The notes under the pieces: model-generated
Seen by the model: only the letters and a program-made list of their open reading frames with translations
Databases searched by the model: none
What the model was told of the DNA's origin: nothing
Translations under genes and position numbers: made by a program
Virus record (IMG/VR): IMGVR_UViG_3300017991_000122
Span: 1 to 59,694 of that record
Length of the DNA stretch: 59,694 nucleotides
Strand: one strand, 5' to 3'
Source: a virus
Lineage: Duplodnaviria; Caudoviricetes
Part shown: positions 23,107 to 32,589 of the stretch, in pieces
How the letters are laid out: each line of letters opens with the position of its first letter
Position numbering within the stretch: position 1 is the first letter of the stretch

Positions 23107-23442
23107 CTAGAGGACGGCGTCGATGTAGATTTCTTCCTCGTCGCGGTTGCCCGTCTCGGTGGCGAAGGTCAACGTGACGATGCCGGCCTGGACGAGCTGC
23201 TGCCACTCGATGCTCGGCTCCATGGGCAGCCACGGAACGGGCTTGTGACGCCAGTCGCGGTTGTGCATGGGGAGCTGCTTGGTGGCGGTGTCCGCGAGCT
23301 CGCCGATGTGCCCGAAGGGGTACGGCAGCGGGTACTTGCGCTGCCCACCGGTCGCGAGAAGCGTGGCCGGACCAGCGCCGCCCGTGATGGTGTCCAGGTA
23401 GTTGATCGCGTGGCCCGAGGTGTTTTCGACGGTTGCGAGCAT
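23107..23442 (-). CDS. Hypothetical virion protein
   Basis: SD AAGGAG. Confidence 0.75.
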   Translation of the reverse strand: MLATVENTSGHAINYLDTITGGAGPATLLATGGQRKYPLPYPFGHIGELADTATKQLPMHNRDWRHKPVPWLPMEPSIEWQQLVQAGIVTLTFATETGNRDEEEIYIDAVL

Positions 23443-23516
23443 GATGTTCTCCTTACTGAGACGACTCTCAGACTACACCAAGAGCCTACTTCCCGGTCAC
23501 TACGGTGTCAACAGAC

Positions 23517-23927
23517 TCAATCGCCCGACACCGCGACGATGAGCTCCATGTCCACCGATCCGGGGTTCGACGCGAAGAGCGCCGTGAGCCCGCTCGTGGA
23601 CAGAAGCAGCCACCCCGTCTTGGTCCCACTGATGGGGGTGATGGGGATTTCCTCATTGCCGATAGTGTTTCGCTTCACCGTGATCTCGGATGGCGTGTCG
23701 AGGGGGTCCTTGGCCGACGAACGGATGAACACGAAGTTCGGCGTCGTCACGTTGCCAAGATCGATGGCGATGTCCGAGTCGCCGGCCGCGAGAGTGAACT
23801 TGCGCGAACCTCCCTCGCCGTTCGAGTCGGTGACGTTCTCGTACGAGAGGTTGCCCAAGTCCTTGTCCTCCGGATCGGTCCGAGAGGAGATCTGAACCTT
23901 GGCACTGTATCGAAGCCTGACCGACAT
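23517..23927 (-). CDS. Hypothetical virion protein
   Basis: SD AGGAGG; beta-rich. Confidence 0.75.
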   Translation of the reverse strand: MSVRLRYSAKVQISSRTDPEDKDLGNLSYENVTDSNGEGGSRKFTLAAGDSDIAIDLGNVTTPNFVFIRSSAKDPLDTPSEITVKRNTIGNEEIPITPISGTKTGWLLLSTSGLTALFASNPGSVDMELIVAVSGD

Positions 23928-23936
23928 GCTGTCCTC

Positions 23937-24143
23937 CTACGGTTCCGGGTCGTCTTTCACGAGCCCCAAAGAAAGCGCGACGAACTTGAGGAGCTCGTCC
24001 TTCTCCTCTGCCGTCAGGTCCCCGAAAGCCTTGTTCCGATGCTTGCGGGTCTTCTTGCGCAGCTTCCGAGCCTTCTTCTCGGCTCTCGAACGAGGTTGCT
24101 TCGCGGCCTCAACGTCGGCTGCCAGGATGGGTGCTTTCGCCAT
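23937..24143 (-). CDS. Small basic protein
   Basis: SD; in operon with the fibre genes. Confidence 0.65.
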   Translation of the reverse strand: MAKAPILAADVEAAKQPRSRAEKKARKLRKKTRKHRNKAFGDLTAEEKDELLKFVALSLGLVKDDPEP

Positions 24144-24144
24144 G

Positions 24145-24558
24145 TCACTTTCCTTCCGGCTTGGGAGCCATGACGATCCGGTTGACGACGAAGTCGATCG
24201 TGTCGAACGAGGTGTCGGTCGCCTTCATGATGCATCGGCCGATGACCGCCAAGCAACCCCAGTCGCCGTCCTTGAAATCGTACGGGGTCTCGGTCTCGTC
24301 TCGAGCCACCGTGTCGATGAGCACTTCGACGGCTCCGGTCGTCCGGTGCTTGACGAGGTAGAACCGAACGTCGGTCGTCTCCGTGACAGCGGCGAAGTCC
24401 CACTCGACATCTTCGTCGAGCTGCTCGAGCGCGCCGTTCTCGTAGTAGTCGAACGCCTTGATCGTCAACTTGTCGCTCGCCACCTCGAGAGTAGGCTCGT
24501 AGTGCGACGCCGCTTCCGGAGCGTAGGAAGAATGGGAGTCTTCGAATGTCGTAGCCAT
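24145..24558 (-). CDS. Hypothetical protein (possible fibre assembly factor)
   Basis: SD AGGAG; follows the fibre gene. Confidence 0.7.
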   Translation of the reverse strand: MATTFEDSHSSYAPEAASHYEPTLEVASDKLTIKAFDYYENGALEQLDEDVEWDFAAVTETTDVRFYLVKHRTTGAVEVLIDTVARDETETPYDFKDGDWGCLAVIGRCIMKATDTSFDTIDFVVNRIVMAPKPEGK

Positions 24559-24566
24559 GGTCTCTC

Positions 24567-27215
24567 CTACGCCGGGTAGAACGCGATGACGTGAAAGTTC
24601 TCAATGATGCCCGCCAGGTTGACAGCAGCGTCCGCTGTCGTCCTAGGGGTGAGCCGGATGACGGTCGAGGACAGGGTACCGATCCGGAAGAAGTAGCTCG
24701 CACCCGCAGCGCTGCACACCATCGCAATCTCGTTCGTGCTCGTCATGGCGTGCGTGAGGGTGATGTCGATGTCGGCCGTGCCGTTGAGAGCGACGGACGC
24801 GATACCGAACCCACCGTCGATCGCGACGCCACCGCCGCCGTCCGTGCTGATCTGCGCGAACATCTTGGGGATGTTCTTGGAGTAGAGCGCGTTCACCGTG
24901 ATGGCGGCCGCCGCCAGCGGGTTCGACTTGTCGATGACCACCCGCGACACGTCTGATGCCGTCGTCGGCCCCGACAAGGTCAGGAGAGAACCGACCGCAC
25001 CTGTGCCCTGAGAAGCCAAGAGGAGCGAAGGCTGCGTACCGGCGGGCCTGACCCTCCACTCACCTCCGGGGTCGAGCCACGCAGAGTCGGCGAAAGTCGC
25101 CACCCCGTTCGTGCTCTTGGCCTGCATGTAGACGCGTTCGTTCGTGTAGATGGTCCGCATCGCGTAATCAGCCACGCCCGTGGAATCAGCGTTCCAGAGA
25201 GCTGTGGACTGATCCCACCACGCGCCGACCACGGTCATCATGCCGCCGCCGAGCGTCTGGTAGATGCGTGTCGTGTAGTCCTGACCTTCGATGTGCATCT
25301 CCCAAAGGAGAGTGAACGTGGCTGTGTCGTCCCGGCGCGTCAGGATGCGGGGAGTTTCAGCCGTCGTGTCACTCGTGGCATAGTCAGCCTTGAACTTCGT
25401 GCCGAGCTCAAGACCACCGGGGATCCGACCGATCAAAGTCCTGTAGTTCGTCCCGCTCGCGTTCATGGAGAGGGGGATGAAGAAGGGCTCGTCGGTCCAC
25501 GCTGTGTCGGCCCACGACCCACCCACCGTGTTCTTGCGCTGCGACCAGATGCCCATGAAGAGCTCGGTCGTCTCGGGGTGCGTGAGGTTGCCACCGAAGT
25601 CCATCGTGAAGGAGTCGAAAGAAGCCGACCGTGTCCACAACCCCGACGTGTTGTTCCACGTGCAGTTGTGCGCCATGACCAGGTTGCGCTGTCCGTACCG
25701 CGCCATGATCTGGAACCTGGGAGTCGAAGCGTTCGACTGTTCGACCCATTCCAAGATCGGCTGGTAGTACATGCCCACCTGATCTCGGGCGATGCACCGG
25801 ATGCGCGACTTGTTGAGGTACTTCGTCCCTCGAGTCACGCTGTCGCTCGGGTCGCCTACGAACAGACGCGGCCACCACGAGGTAGGCAGTTCTGTTTCCG
25901 TGGCTGACTTGTCAGGATGCTGGTGCCGGATGAGCGGGACGAAGTCGGCCTGCTCGTCGGCGTAGCCTTCGACCTCGGCGAGGATCTGAAGGTCGCTGTC
26001 CCCGCTCGAGCCCAGCGTCGCCCACAACATCGCCCGCGCCGAGTACGCTTCGAAGCGTCGCTCCTCGATGGGGTCGGTGCTGCCGGCCGGCGCACGCTTG
26101 TTGAGACGAACCTCGTCGATTCGGAGAACCGCCGTGTCCACGCCGGGAGACGTGTAGTCGAGAGCGTGGGACGTGGGGCCACTCCAGTCGACGTCGGAGA
26201 TGTAGACGCCGAAGATACGGGTCTGGCCGGCAGGGACGCGGAACTTGAACGACGCCTTCACCCACGACGCCGAAGCAGTCATGTCGAGGTCTGCCGTGAG
26301 CGTGAGATACGAGATGGTCGAACCGGACGCCTCGGTGTCAATCATGGCGATCTGGACCCAGACCTCGCCCGCGTCGGGAGTGAGCAGCGACTTGTAATAG
26401 AACTCGAGCACGAGCTCTTCGCCGGGCTCCACCTCCTGCCACATCAGGTACTGCAAGTACCACGAGGTGATGACCACATTGCCCGCCGAACCGCAGACGA
26501 GCTCGTAGGCCGCGCCTTCTCCGGTCGCCGTGTCGGCCGTCTGGACGTTCGCTTTCGCCGTGCCGACAGTCGGGGTGTGGTCCTCGTTCCAATAGGGCAG
26601 GTTGGCGTCCATGGCGCCGCCCTGATGCGTGAAGTCAGACACCACCGGGCCATCGTCGAAGCTGCCGTTCTTCAGCAGAGAAGGCCACGGGAAGGAGTCG
26701 TCGACCACGAGCTGCCAAGGGTAGGTCCGGAGCTCGGGAGTGATGCTGGTAGCCGGCGTAGGCACCGCACCGGCCGGAACGGTGACCATGCCCAACACGA
26801 CGAGCTCGTCCTTCTCGGGCGCCGCGTCGTACTCGTTCGTCGGAGAGTACTCGTAGGCACGGAGCTCCATCGTCGAGGTCGAACCCACCGCGTAGGTCGC
26901 GTAGATGGCGATGACCACCGTCTTGTTCGCGTACGCCGCGAGGTTCAGGTCGAAGTCAGGACCGGTCTTCCGGACGAACAGCGAGTACTCGGTGTCCGTC
27001 GTGTAGATCGCAAGATGGTCGTTCGACTCCGAGTCTGCTTCGACCTTGACCGACTGGTTGCTCGCGCTGTAGCCCAGCGTGAACCCTCTCCACGCCCCTC
27101 TCGGGGTGACGTGGGAGTAGCGCCGATTGAGCCCCTCCGTGACGTAGGGCTCCTTCCACTTCATCTTCACAGAGGATTGGGCGTCGGCGACGAAATCGAG
27201 ATACGAGGTAGGCAT
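24567..27215 (-). CDS. Tail fibre or receptor-binding protein
   Basis: 882 aa; CBM-like LLKNGSFD domain; repeated W-rich modules; position after the baseplate genes. Confidence 0.7.
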   Translation of the reverse strand: MPTSYLDFVADAQSSVKMKWKEPYVTEGLNRRYSHVTPRGAWRGFTLGYSASNQSVKVEADSESNDHLAIYTTDTEYSLFVRKTGPDFDLNLAAYANKTVVIAIYATYAVGSTSTMELRAYEYSPTNEYDAAPEKDELVVLGMVTVPAGAVPTPATSITPELRTYPWQLVVDDSFPWPSLLKNGSFDDGPVVSDFTHQGGAMDANLPYWNEDHTPTVGTAKANVQTADTATGEGAAYELVCGSAGNVVITSWYLQYLMWQEVEPGEELVLEFYYKSLLTPDAGEVWVQIAMIDTEASGSTISYLTLTADLDMTASASWVKASFKFRVPAGQTRIFGVYISDVDWSGPTSHALDYTSPGVDTAVLRIDEVRLNKRAPAGSTDPIEERRFEAYSARAMLWATLGSSGDSDLQILAEVEGYADEQADFVPLIRHQHPDKSATETELPTSWWPRLFVGDPSDSVTRGTKYLNKSRIRCIARDQVGMYYQPILEWVEQSNASTPRFQIMARYGQRNLVMAHNCTWNNTSGLWTRSASFDSFTMDFGGNLTHPETTELFMGIWSQRKNTVGGSWADTAWTDEPFFIPLSMNASGTNYRTLIGRIPGGLELGTKFKADYATSDTTAETPRILTRRDDTATFTLLWEMHIEGQDYTTRIYQTLGGGMMTVVGAWWDQSTALWNADSTGVADYAMRTIYTNERVYMQAKSTNGVATFADSAWLDPGGEWRVRPAGTQPSLLLASQGTGAVGSLLTLSGPTTASDVSRVVIDKSNPLAAAAITVNALYSKNIPKMFAQISTDGGGGVAIDGGFGIASVALNGTADIDITLTHAMTSTNEIAMVCSAAGASYFFRIGTLSSTVIRLTPRTTADAAVNLAGIIENFHVIAFYPA

Positions 27216-27227
27216 GTGGCCCTCTCC

Positions 27228-27683
27228 CTAGAACGTGATCTGCACGATGTTCTGGATCTGCTTGGAGACGTCCTTGGTCTGCATGGGGAAAGTCCCGTAC
27301 GCAATCATCGTACCCGCTGCGTCGAAGATCCCCAACTCCCATATCTCGGGGTTGCCTGACCCGTCGCTGTTGTACTCAGCGAAGTCCAGCAAGCACGAGC
27401 ATTGAAGCGTCGAAGGAGAGATGAACGTGAGGTCACCACTCGTGAAGCTCTTCTGGAAGGTGGGGATGGCCGGGACGCTCGGGTAGTTCCCAGGGTTCTC
27501 GATGATGTCGAGGTCGGAGAGCGTCGCGTCCGGAGTGCGCGGCTCGGGGCCGCCGCCTGGATCGATCCACCCTCCCACTCCTACCTTGAAGTAGGAAGCG
27601 ATCGAGAAGGCAACGATGCCTCCAAGCATCTGCGGGAACTTGGCCCGACCGTTGTCCGTTACCACTGCGGGAATGACCGTCAT
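27228..27683 (-). CDS. Tail collar/fibre-attachment protein (DUF3751-like)
   Basis: VVTDNGR..YFKVGVGG..IWELGIFDAAGTMIAYGTFPMQTK. Confidence 0.75.
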   Translation of the reverse strand: MTVIPAVVTDNGRAKFPQMLGGIVAFSIASYFKVGVGGWIDPGGGPEPRTPDATLSDLDIIENPGNYPSVPAIPTFQKSFTSGDLTFISPSTLQCSCLLDFAEYNSDGSGNPEIWELGIFDAAGTMIAYGTFPMQTKDVSKQIQNIVQITF

Positions 27684-27692
27684 GCTCGTCTC

Positions 27693-30392
27693 CTATGGGG
27701 TCGTGATGGTAACGACAATGGTCGTGTCCGTCACGATCGCGTCGCCCTCGATCACGTCATAGTACGCGGTGAAGGGCGCTACCAGGCTCGTCGTGATGCG
27801 ACCCGTGATGATGGTGGCAGACATGACCGCAGAAGCCTGCAAGGTCTGCCTGAAGCGGGGGATGAGCTTCACGTGAACTGGCAGAACGTTGTACAACCGA
27901 TCGAGCACCCGCTCGAGCAGGCGCTCGGTTGCGATGTCGCCTTCCGTGACGACCGACCCCGCCTCGAGCAGGATCAAGATTTCGCTGGCCTTGCAGAAGC
28001 CGCACCGCTCCTGCACCCGGCACACGTACTGGAGAGTCCCCGCGCCGAGAGCCGGGGGGCTGTTCGGCGTGGCAACGACCTCGAAGGTGAAGTTGGGTCC
28101 AGCCGCGACCGGGACCGTCTCGAGCCGGAAGCTCTGGTTGGTCGAGGTCACCAGGTCGAAGGCGGCGGGGTCGAGCACGACGTCAGCCTCACCACTCACC
28201 GTGATCTCGTACCGGAGCCCTCCACCGATCTGGGTCGCCGAGATGACCGTCACGTCCACGAAGGCCGCGAAGTCGTCCTCCCAACAGTACTTGTCGAGGG
28301 AGAAGTCGTCGCCGGCCGGCGGGTTGTTCAGGACGTAGTACGTGAGTTGATCTGGGTTGAACTCGTCGAAGAGAGGCTGCATGGGAGGCAGGCTCGTGAA
28401 CACACGAACGATGTCCCACTCGATGAGGGGGTTCGCGGCCGTGCCGGTGATGCCGTAGTCCGGAGTCACCCCTCCATCGGCAGGACGGATGAGAACCTCG
28501 GTGGCCGAGGGCACGCTCTCGATGGTGAACAACTTGCTGTTCCAGGGGTCGTTCGTGTCGCGAGCTCGGATGGTCCGTCCGGTGTCCCCAGCTCGGAACG
28601 CGGCCGTCGCTGCGGAAAACTTCACTCGGCCCGCGCTCGAGTCGTAGGTCAGAGCTCCGTCGTTGCCTTGGCGCCCGACTCCCGTGTCGCCGACCTCGTA
28701 GACGAAGTCCGCTGGGAGCCCGCCGATGTAGTCAACCGAGATGCGGTACAGGGCGTAGACCGTCACGTCGAAGCCGCTGATGTTGCCGAGGATGATGTAG
28801 CCCTTCTCGTGCCCCTTCCGGTCGAGCCACCGGTTGACGTGGTAAACCCAGCTCCGCTGCCGGGCTTCCGTCTCCTGATTGTCGAGCTCGATGCCGAAGT
28901 CGGGCGCCATCTGCTTGAGGATGGACTCCTCGATGGCCTCGACGACCGTGAAGTCCTCACTCTCGATGTACCAGTCGATGGGACCGTCCACCGCGAGCAC
29001 GGTTCCCAGGACGACACGCTCGGGGCCCAGTGCGTCCACGATGACGTAGTCGCCGTCGTTGCTCGAGATGGGGGAGTTGCTCAGGTTGATGGTGAGCCCG
29101 ACGTCCGTGGGATCGAAAACTCCGGTCGGCGAGTACAGCGTCGTCTGGCCTACCGCTGGCGAGTTGATCTTCTCGATCTGAAGGTCGTCTCCCCGCTTCT
29201 CGTGGTCCCCGGTCAGGGTCGTCCTCCGGAGCTCCCAGAACAAGTCCGTCTCGGCCGTCGCGAAGGTGGCGTCCACCGTGCAGTTGATGGAGTCGGTGAC
29301 CACCGTGATCTCGTACCGGCCGTCCTGCCCGTTGAGCGAACCCAGGATGGTGATGAATTTGCCCACGTCGTCTGGGTCGAACGAGCCGGTGATGGAGCGC
29401 ACGTCTCCCGTGGCGCCGCCGAGTAGTTCGAGGTCGGTGCCTCCTTGCTCCACGTAGCCGTCAGGGATTGCCGTGCCGGTGATGTCGATTTCCGCGTGCG
29501 GCAGCACGGCCCACTCGAGCTCCGAGTCGGCCACCATGAAGCCTCGGAGCGTCAGGCGCGGGGGCGACGTGGTCATGTCGATGTCGGTGATCTCGAACTT
29601 GCCGATGTTGTCGTCGTAGTTGGAGCTCGAGATGGACAGGAACTTGCCCACGTCCTGCGGTTCGAAGTTTGCGGAGCTCGCCGCGAACCGGAGCGTGCTC
29701 GAGTCGATGTCCCCGTCCACGCCCTCCTTCTCGGTCTGGAAAGCCAAGCCACCGGACGCAAGGAACTGCCGGCGCGCTTCCACCGTGTAGTCGGCTCGGC
29801 CGTCCCAGATGAGCCAACCGGGAACGATGTTCGATACGTCCCCGGCGCGCACTTCCAAGGTCGTGATGTTCTCGGCCTGGGTAACCGAAGGACGGAGCTC
29901 CCAGCGCAGAGGTCCGGTGTCGGTCTGAAGCTCGGGGTAGGTGAAGACGCCGTTCAGGCTGTCCACCCCGACGATGACCACCGTCTTGTTGTTGCCCGTG
30001 ACGCTCGAGCCTCGGACCGTTATCTCCTTGCCGACGTCCTCCTCGTGGAAGCGGGCAGTCGGCGCCGTGAACTTGAAGGTCGCGTCCACGGTGGCGTTGA
30101 TGCCCTGCTGCTCGACGTCCCCGAGAGGGATGATGACCTTGCCGAGCTTCAGGCGCCTGAACGTGTTGTAGCGGGTCCGGACGAGCAGGGGGTCACGGAG
30201 CTCCGCGAAGTCCCTGGCGAGCCGACGTTGGCTCGTGAACGAGGGGTAGAGCCCCTCGATGAAGAGCTGGAAGGTACCGTCCGTGTCCTGGTTTTTGTAC
30301 AGTTCGGGGATGAGGTCCCAGAGAACGCGCCTTGCCCAAGCGTCCTCTCCTGCGGGTTCCCCTCCTAGGGGGCCAGAACCAAAACCAGGCAT
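27693..30392 (-). CDS. Baseplate wedge/tail protein (P2 gpI or T4 gp7-like) with internal repeats
   Basis: LWDLIPELYK..D; LKQMAPDFGIELD..RKGHEKG; repeated F..xDVGK.I.I. Confidence 0.7.
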   Translation of the reverse strand: MPGFGSGPLGGEPAGEDAWARRVLWDLIPELYKNQDTDGTFQLFIEGLYPSFTSQRRLARDFAELRDPLLVRTRYNTFRRLKLGKVIIPLGDVEQQGINATVDATFKFTAPTARFHEEDVGKEITVRGSSVTGNNKTVVIVGVDSLNGVFTYPELQTDTGPLRWELRPSVTQAENITTLEVRAGDVSNIVPGWLIWDGRADYTVEARRQFLASGGLAFQTEKEGVDGDIDSSTLRFAASSANFEPQDVGKFLSISSSNYDDNIGKFEITDIDMTTSPPRLTLRGFMVADSELEWAVLPHAEIDITGTAIPDGYVEQGGTDLELLGGATGDVRSITGSFDPDDVGKFITILGSLNGQDGRYEITVVTDSINCTVDATFATAETDLFWELRRTTLTGDHEKRGDDLQIEKINSPAVGQTTLYSPTGVFDPTDVGLTINLSNSPISSNDGDYVIVDALGPERVVLGTVLAVDGPIDWYIESEDFTVVEAIEESILKQMAPDFGIELDNQETEARQRSWVYHVNRWLDRKGHEKGYIILGNISGFDVTVYALYRISVDYIGGLPADFVYEVGDTGVGRQGNDGALTYDSSAGRVKFSAATAAFRAGDTGRTIRARDTNDPWNSKLFTIESVPSATEVLIRPADGGVTPDYGITGTAANPLIEWDIVRVFTSLPPMQPLFDEFNPDQLTYYVLNNPPAGDDFSLDKYCWEDDFAAFVDVTVISATQIGGGLRYEITVSGEADVVLDPAAFDLVTSTNQSFRLETVPVAAGPNFTFEVVATPNSPPALGAGTLQYVCRVQERCGFCKASEILILLEAGSVVTEGDIATERLLERVLDRLYNVLPVHVKLIPRFRQTLQASAVMSATIITGRITTSLVAPFTAYYDVIEGDAIVTDTTIVVTITTP

Positions 30393-30427
30393 GGATCAAT
30401 CCTCGTTTGCGACCATGTGGTCGTATC

Positions 30428-30805
30428 TCACGTCAACACCGTGACCCCGGCTTGAACAGACAGGGTGCTGGGCGGGATGACAGCGTACACCTTGCCGCTC
30501 GCGAGTCGAACCCACACGTCGAAGACGTACTCCCGAATGTCGAGGGACTTCGTGTCCGTAGGCGTCAGGTAGATGCGCGCGATGCCCCCTTTCGGCGTGA
30601 CGATTTCGATCTCGGCGATGTTGGCCGAGGTCTTCTGAAGAACAGCAGTCTCTTCCGAGGTGCACCGCTTCACCGTGAAGTAGACGGTCGCCCCCGTCAG
30701 GTCCACGGGCTCGTTCGCCTCGTCGACCACACACAGTTCGTAGGTCTTCGAAGTGCCCCGGATGACCGTCAACGTGTTGGCGGCCTGCGTGAAGCTCACG
30801 GACAT
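30428..30805 (-). CDS. BppU-like baseplate upper/adaptor domain protein
   Basis: IRGTS..PVDLTGATVYFTVK..LTPTDT..YVFDV. Confidence 0.7.
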   Translation of the reverse strand: MSVSFTQAANTLTVIRGTSKTYELCVVDEANEPVDLTGATVYFTVKRCTSEETAVLQKTSANIAEIEIVTPKGGIARIYLTPTDTKSLDIREYVFDVWVRLASGKVYAVIPPSTLSVQAGVTVLT

Positions 30806-31260
30806 GCGCAGACTCCTTGGATGGTCCCAGTCAGTTTCTCGACGTCCTGCACCGTCCCGAGCAGGGAGGCGTCGACCACCGTACCGGTCAGTTTCTCGTC
30901 GTCTTCCACGGTGCCGGTGATGGTGCTCACCTCGAGCAGGGGCACGACCATGGGGTCCTCGACGGTCGTGATCTTGCCGCAGATGCGGATGATCTCCGTC
31001 TCGGGAAGCGCGGGGGAAGTGTCGAGGTAGAAGATCTGGACGACGTCGGGGCAGGTCCCGATGTCTCGAGGCGCCTCGTTGAGCGTCACCAAGCCCGTCG
31101 TCGGGTCCGTCTCCGTCCAGCCGTCATCCAGCGCCTTGGTCTGGAGTTGGCCGTTGAGGAACACCGCGACGCTCCCAGGCCGATACGGTTGGGAGACGTA
31201 GAAGTCCTTGTTGACGCCGTCGATGGCGCCTGTAGGCACTTCGAACCTGGGAAGCGGCAT
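30796..31260 (-). CDS. Virion structural protein
   Basis: GAIDGVNKDF..SVAVFLNGQ.. Confidence 0.7.
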   Translation of the reverse strand: MPLPRFEVPTGAIDGVNKDFYVSQPYRPGSVAVFLNGQLQTKALDDGWTETDPTTGLVTLNEAPRDIGTCPDVVQIFYLDTSPALPETEIIRICGKITTVEDPMVVPLLEVSTITGTVEDDEKLTGTVVDASLLGTVQDVEKLTGTIQGVCACP

Positions 31261-31292
31261 GCAGACACTCTACCTCACAGGCGGGGTAGCGT

Positions 31293-31523
31293 CTACGCCC
31301 GAAGGTAGTACGCCTGAAGGACGTCACCGACCTTCGGGGCTTCCTTCATCCGTATCTTCCGGGGGCGGAGCTCCACCCAACCGTCCGTGAGCTCCTCGAC
31401 CCCTACGAGGCCGTTCCTGAAGACGCGGACGGAGTCGGGCACGTAGTCCGTCGTCGTCTCGAAAACGCGATTAGACCCGTTCACAGGCCCGGCAAGGGGC
31501 TCTATCACGGGGAGTATCGCCAT
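31293..31523 (-). CDS. Virion structural protein (paralog of preceding domain)
   Basis: GPVNGSNRVF..SVRVFRNG..APKVGDVL. Confidence 0.7.
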   Translation of the reverse strand: MAILPVIEPLAGPVNGSNRVFETTTDYVPDSVRVFRNGLVGVEELTDGWVELRPRKIRMKEAPKVGDVLQAYYLRA

Positions 31524-31526
31524 GGG

Positions 31527-32393
31527 TCAGAAGTTCTCCTCGTAGGCTTCCTTGTACCCGATGTCGATCATCTTGCGGATGTTCTCGGGGGAGAAGTCGA
31601 GGGAGTCGAACCCGTTCATGCGCTTGGTGGGCTGCAACACCCGAAACTCCACGTCCGCGTACTCGTCCACGAGCCGAACGAAGGGGTTGTTGATGCCGAC
31701 GTTGCGCAGGTCGTTGCGCATAACCTCGTCGAACGTGATGGTGAGCAGGCGCGGGAGGTAGCCAGTGATGGCCGTCTGGCACTTAGGATCCCACCGATGC
31801 GAGGGCAGGTTGGGGTCGTCGGTCGTGATGACGTCGATGCGCTTGCACCCGTCGAGCAGCGCGGCCGTGATGGGCGTGATGTCTCGAGCTCCGCCGTCCG
31901 TCCACTCCTCGCCGTTGATCTCGACAGGCAGCAGCATGACAGGGTAGCTCGCGCTCGCGAGAACCCAGTCGATGAAGTCGTCGTCTTCCTGCGAGACGTC
32001 CCGAACCTCCTTCGTCTCCCAGTTGACCGCACGCACCTTCACCGTCTTGCCGCTGGCCCTCGCCTTCGCGAGCGAGAACTTCGAGCGTACGAGGTGCGCG
32101 AGCGGGGAACTGTCGTAGACCGACTTCTTGAGCGCGACCGACGCGGGCCACAAGGGCCACTTCACGTAGATGTCCTTCGTCGAGAGGCCGAGCCACAAGT
32201 CCTCGAGCCACTTGATCGCTTCCGCAGGCTTGCCGAGGGGAGTTTGGGACAGGCCCGCCGCCGTCAAACCGCCGACTGAAGCCCCGTAGATCGCATCGTA
32301 GTCTCGGCCCTCGTCGGCCATCGGCTTCTTCAAAGCCCCAATTTCATACGCCCCTCGAGCTCCCCCACCTGACAGAACTAGGCCGGTCTTCAT
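31527..32393 (-). CDS. Patatin-like phospholipase
   Basis: LSGGGARG, GASVG nucleophile, ASAS, DGG. Confidence 0.92.
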   Translation of the reverse strand: MKTGLVLSGGGARGAYEIGALKKPMADEGRDYDAIYGASVGGLTAAGLSQTPLGKPAEAIKWLEDLWLGLSTKDIYVKWPLWPASVALKKSVYDSSPLAHLVRSKFSLAKARASGKTVKVRAVNWETKEVRDVSQEDDDFIDWVLASASYPVMLLPVEINGEEWTDGGARDITPITAALLDGCKRIDVITTDDPNLPSHRWDPKCQTAITGYLPRLLTITFDEVMRNDLRNVGINNPFVRLVDEYADVEFRVLQPTKRMNGFDSLDFSPENIRKMIDIGYKEAYEENF

Positions 32394-32587
32394 AGCTTCT
32401 CCTTCTTCGGAACGCCACGCTTTCCGCACTGGTAGCAGAGGGGCTGCCCCTCGGCCGGGACCTCGACGTTCCACTCGTGCTTGCACTTCTCGTTGGAGCA
32501 GACCATCCGCAGCTTGATGGTGACCGTCTTGCCGGCCTCCCTGTAGGGTCCGACTCTCGGCCGCATCTTGTTTAGCTTGACTCTCAC
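32390..32587 (-). CDS. Zinc-ribbon protein
   Basis: CSNEKC..CYQC. Confidence 0.65.
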   Translation of the reverse strand: MRVKLNKMRPRVGPYREAGKTVTIKLRMVCSNEKCKHEWNVEVPAEGQPLCYQCGKRGVPKKEKL

Positions 32588-32589
32588 GG

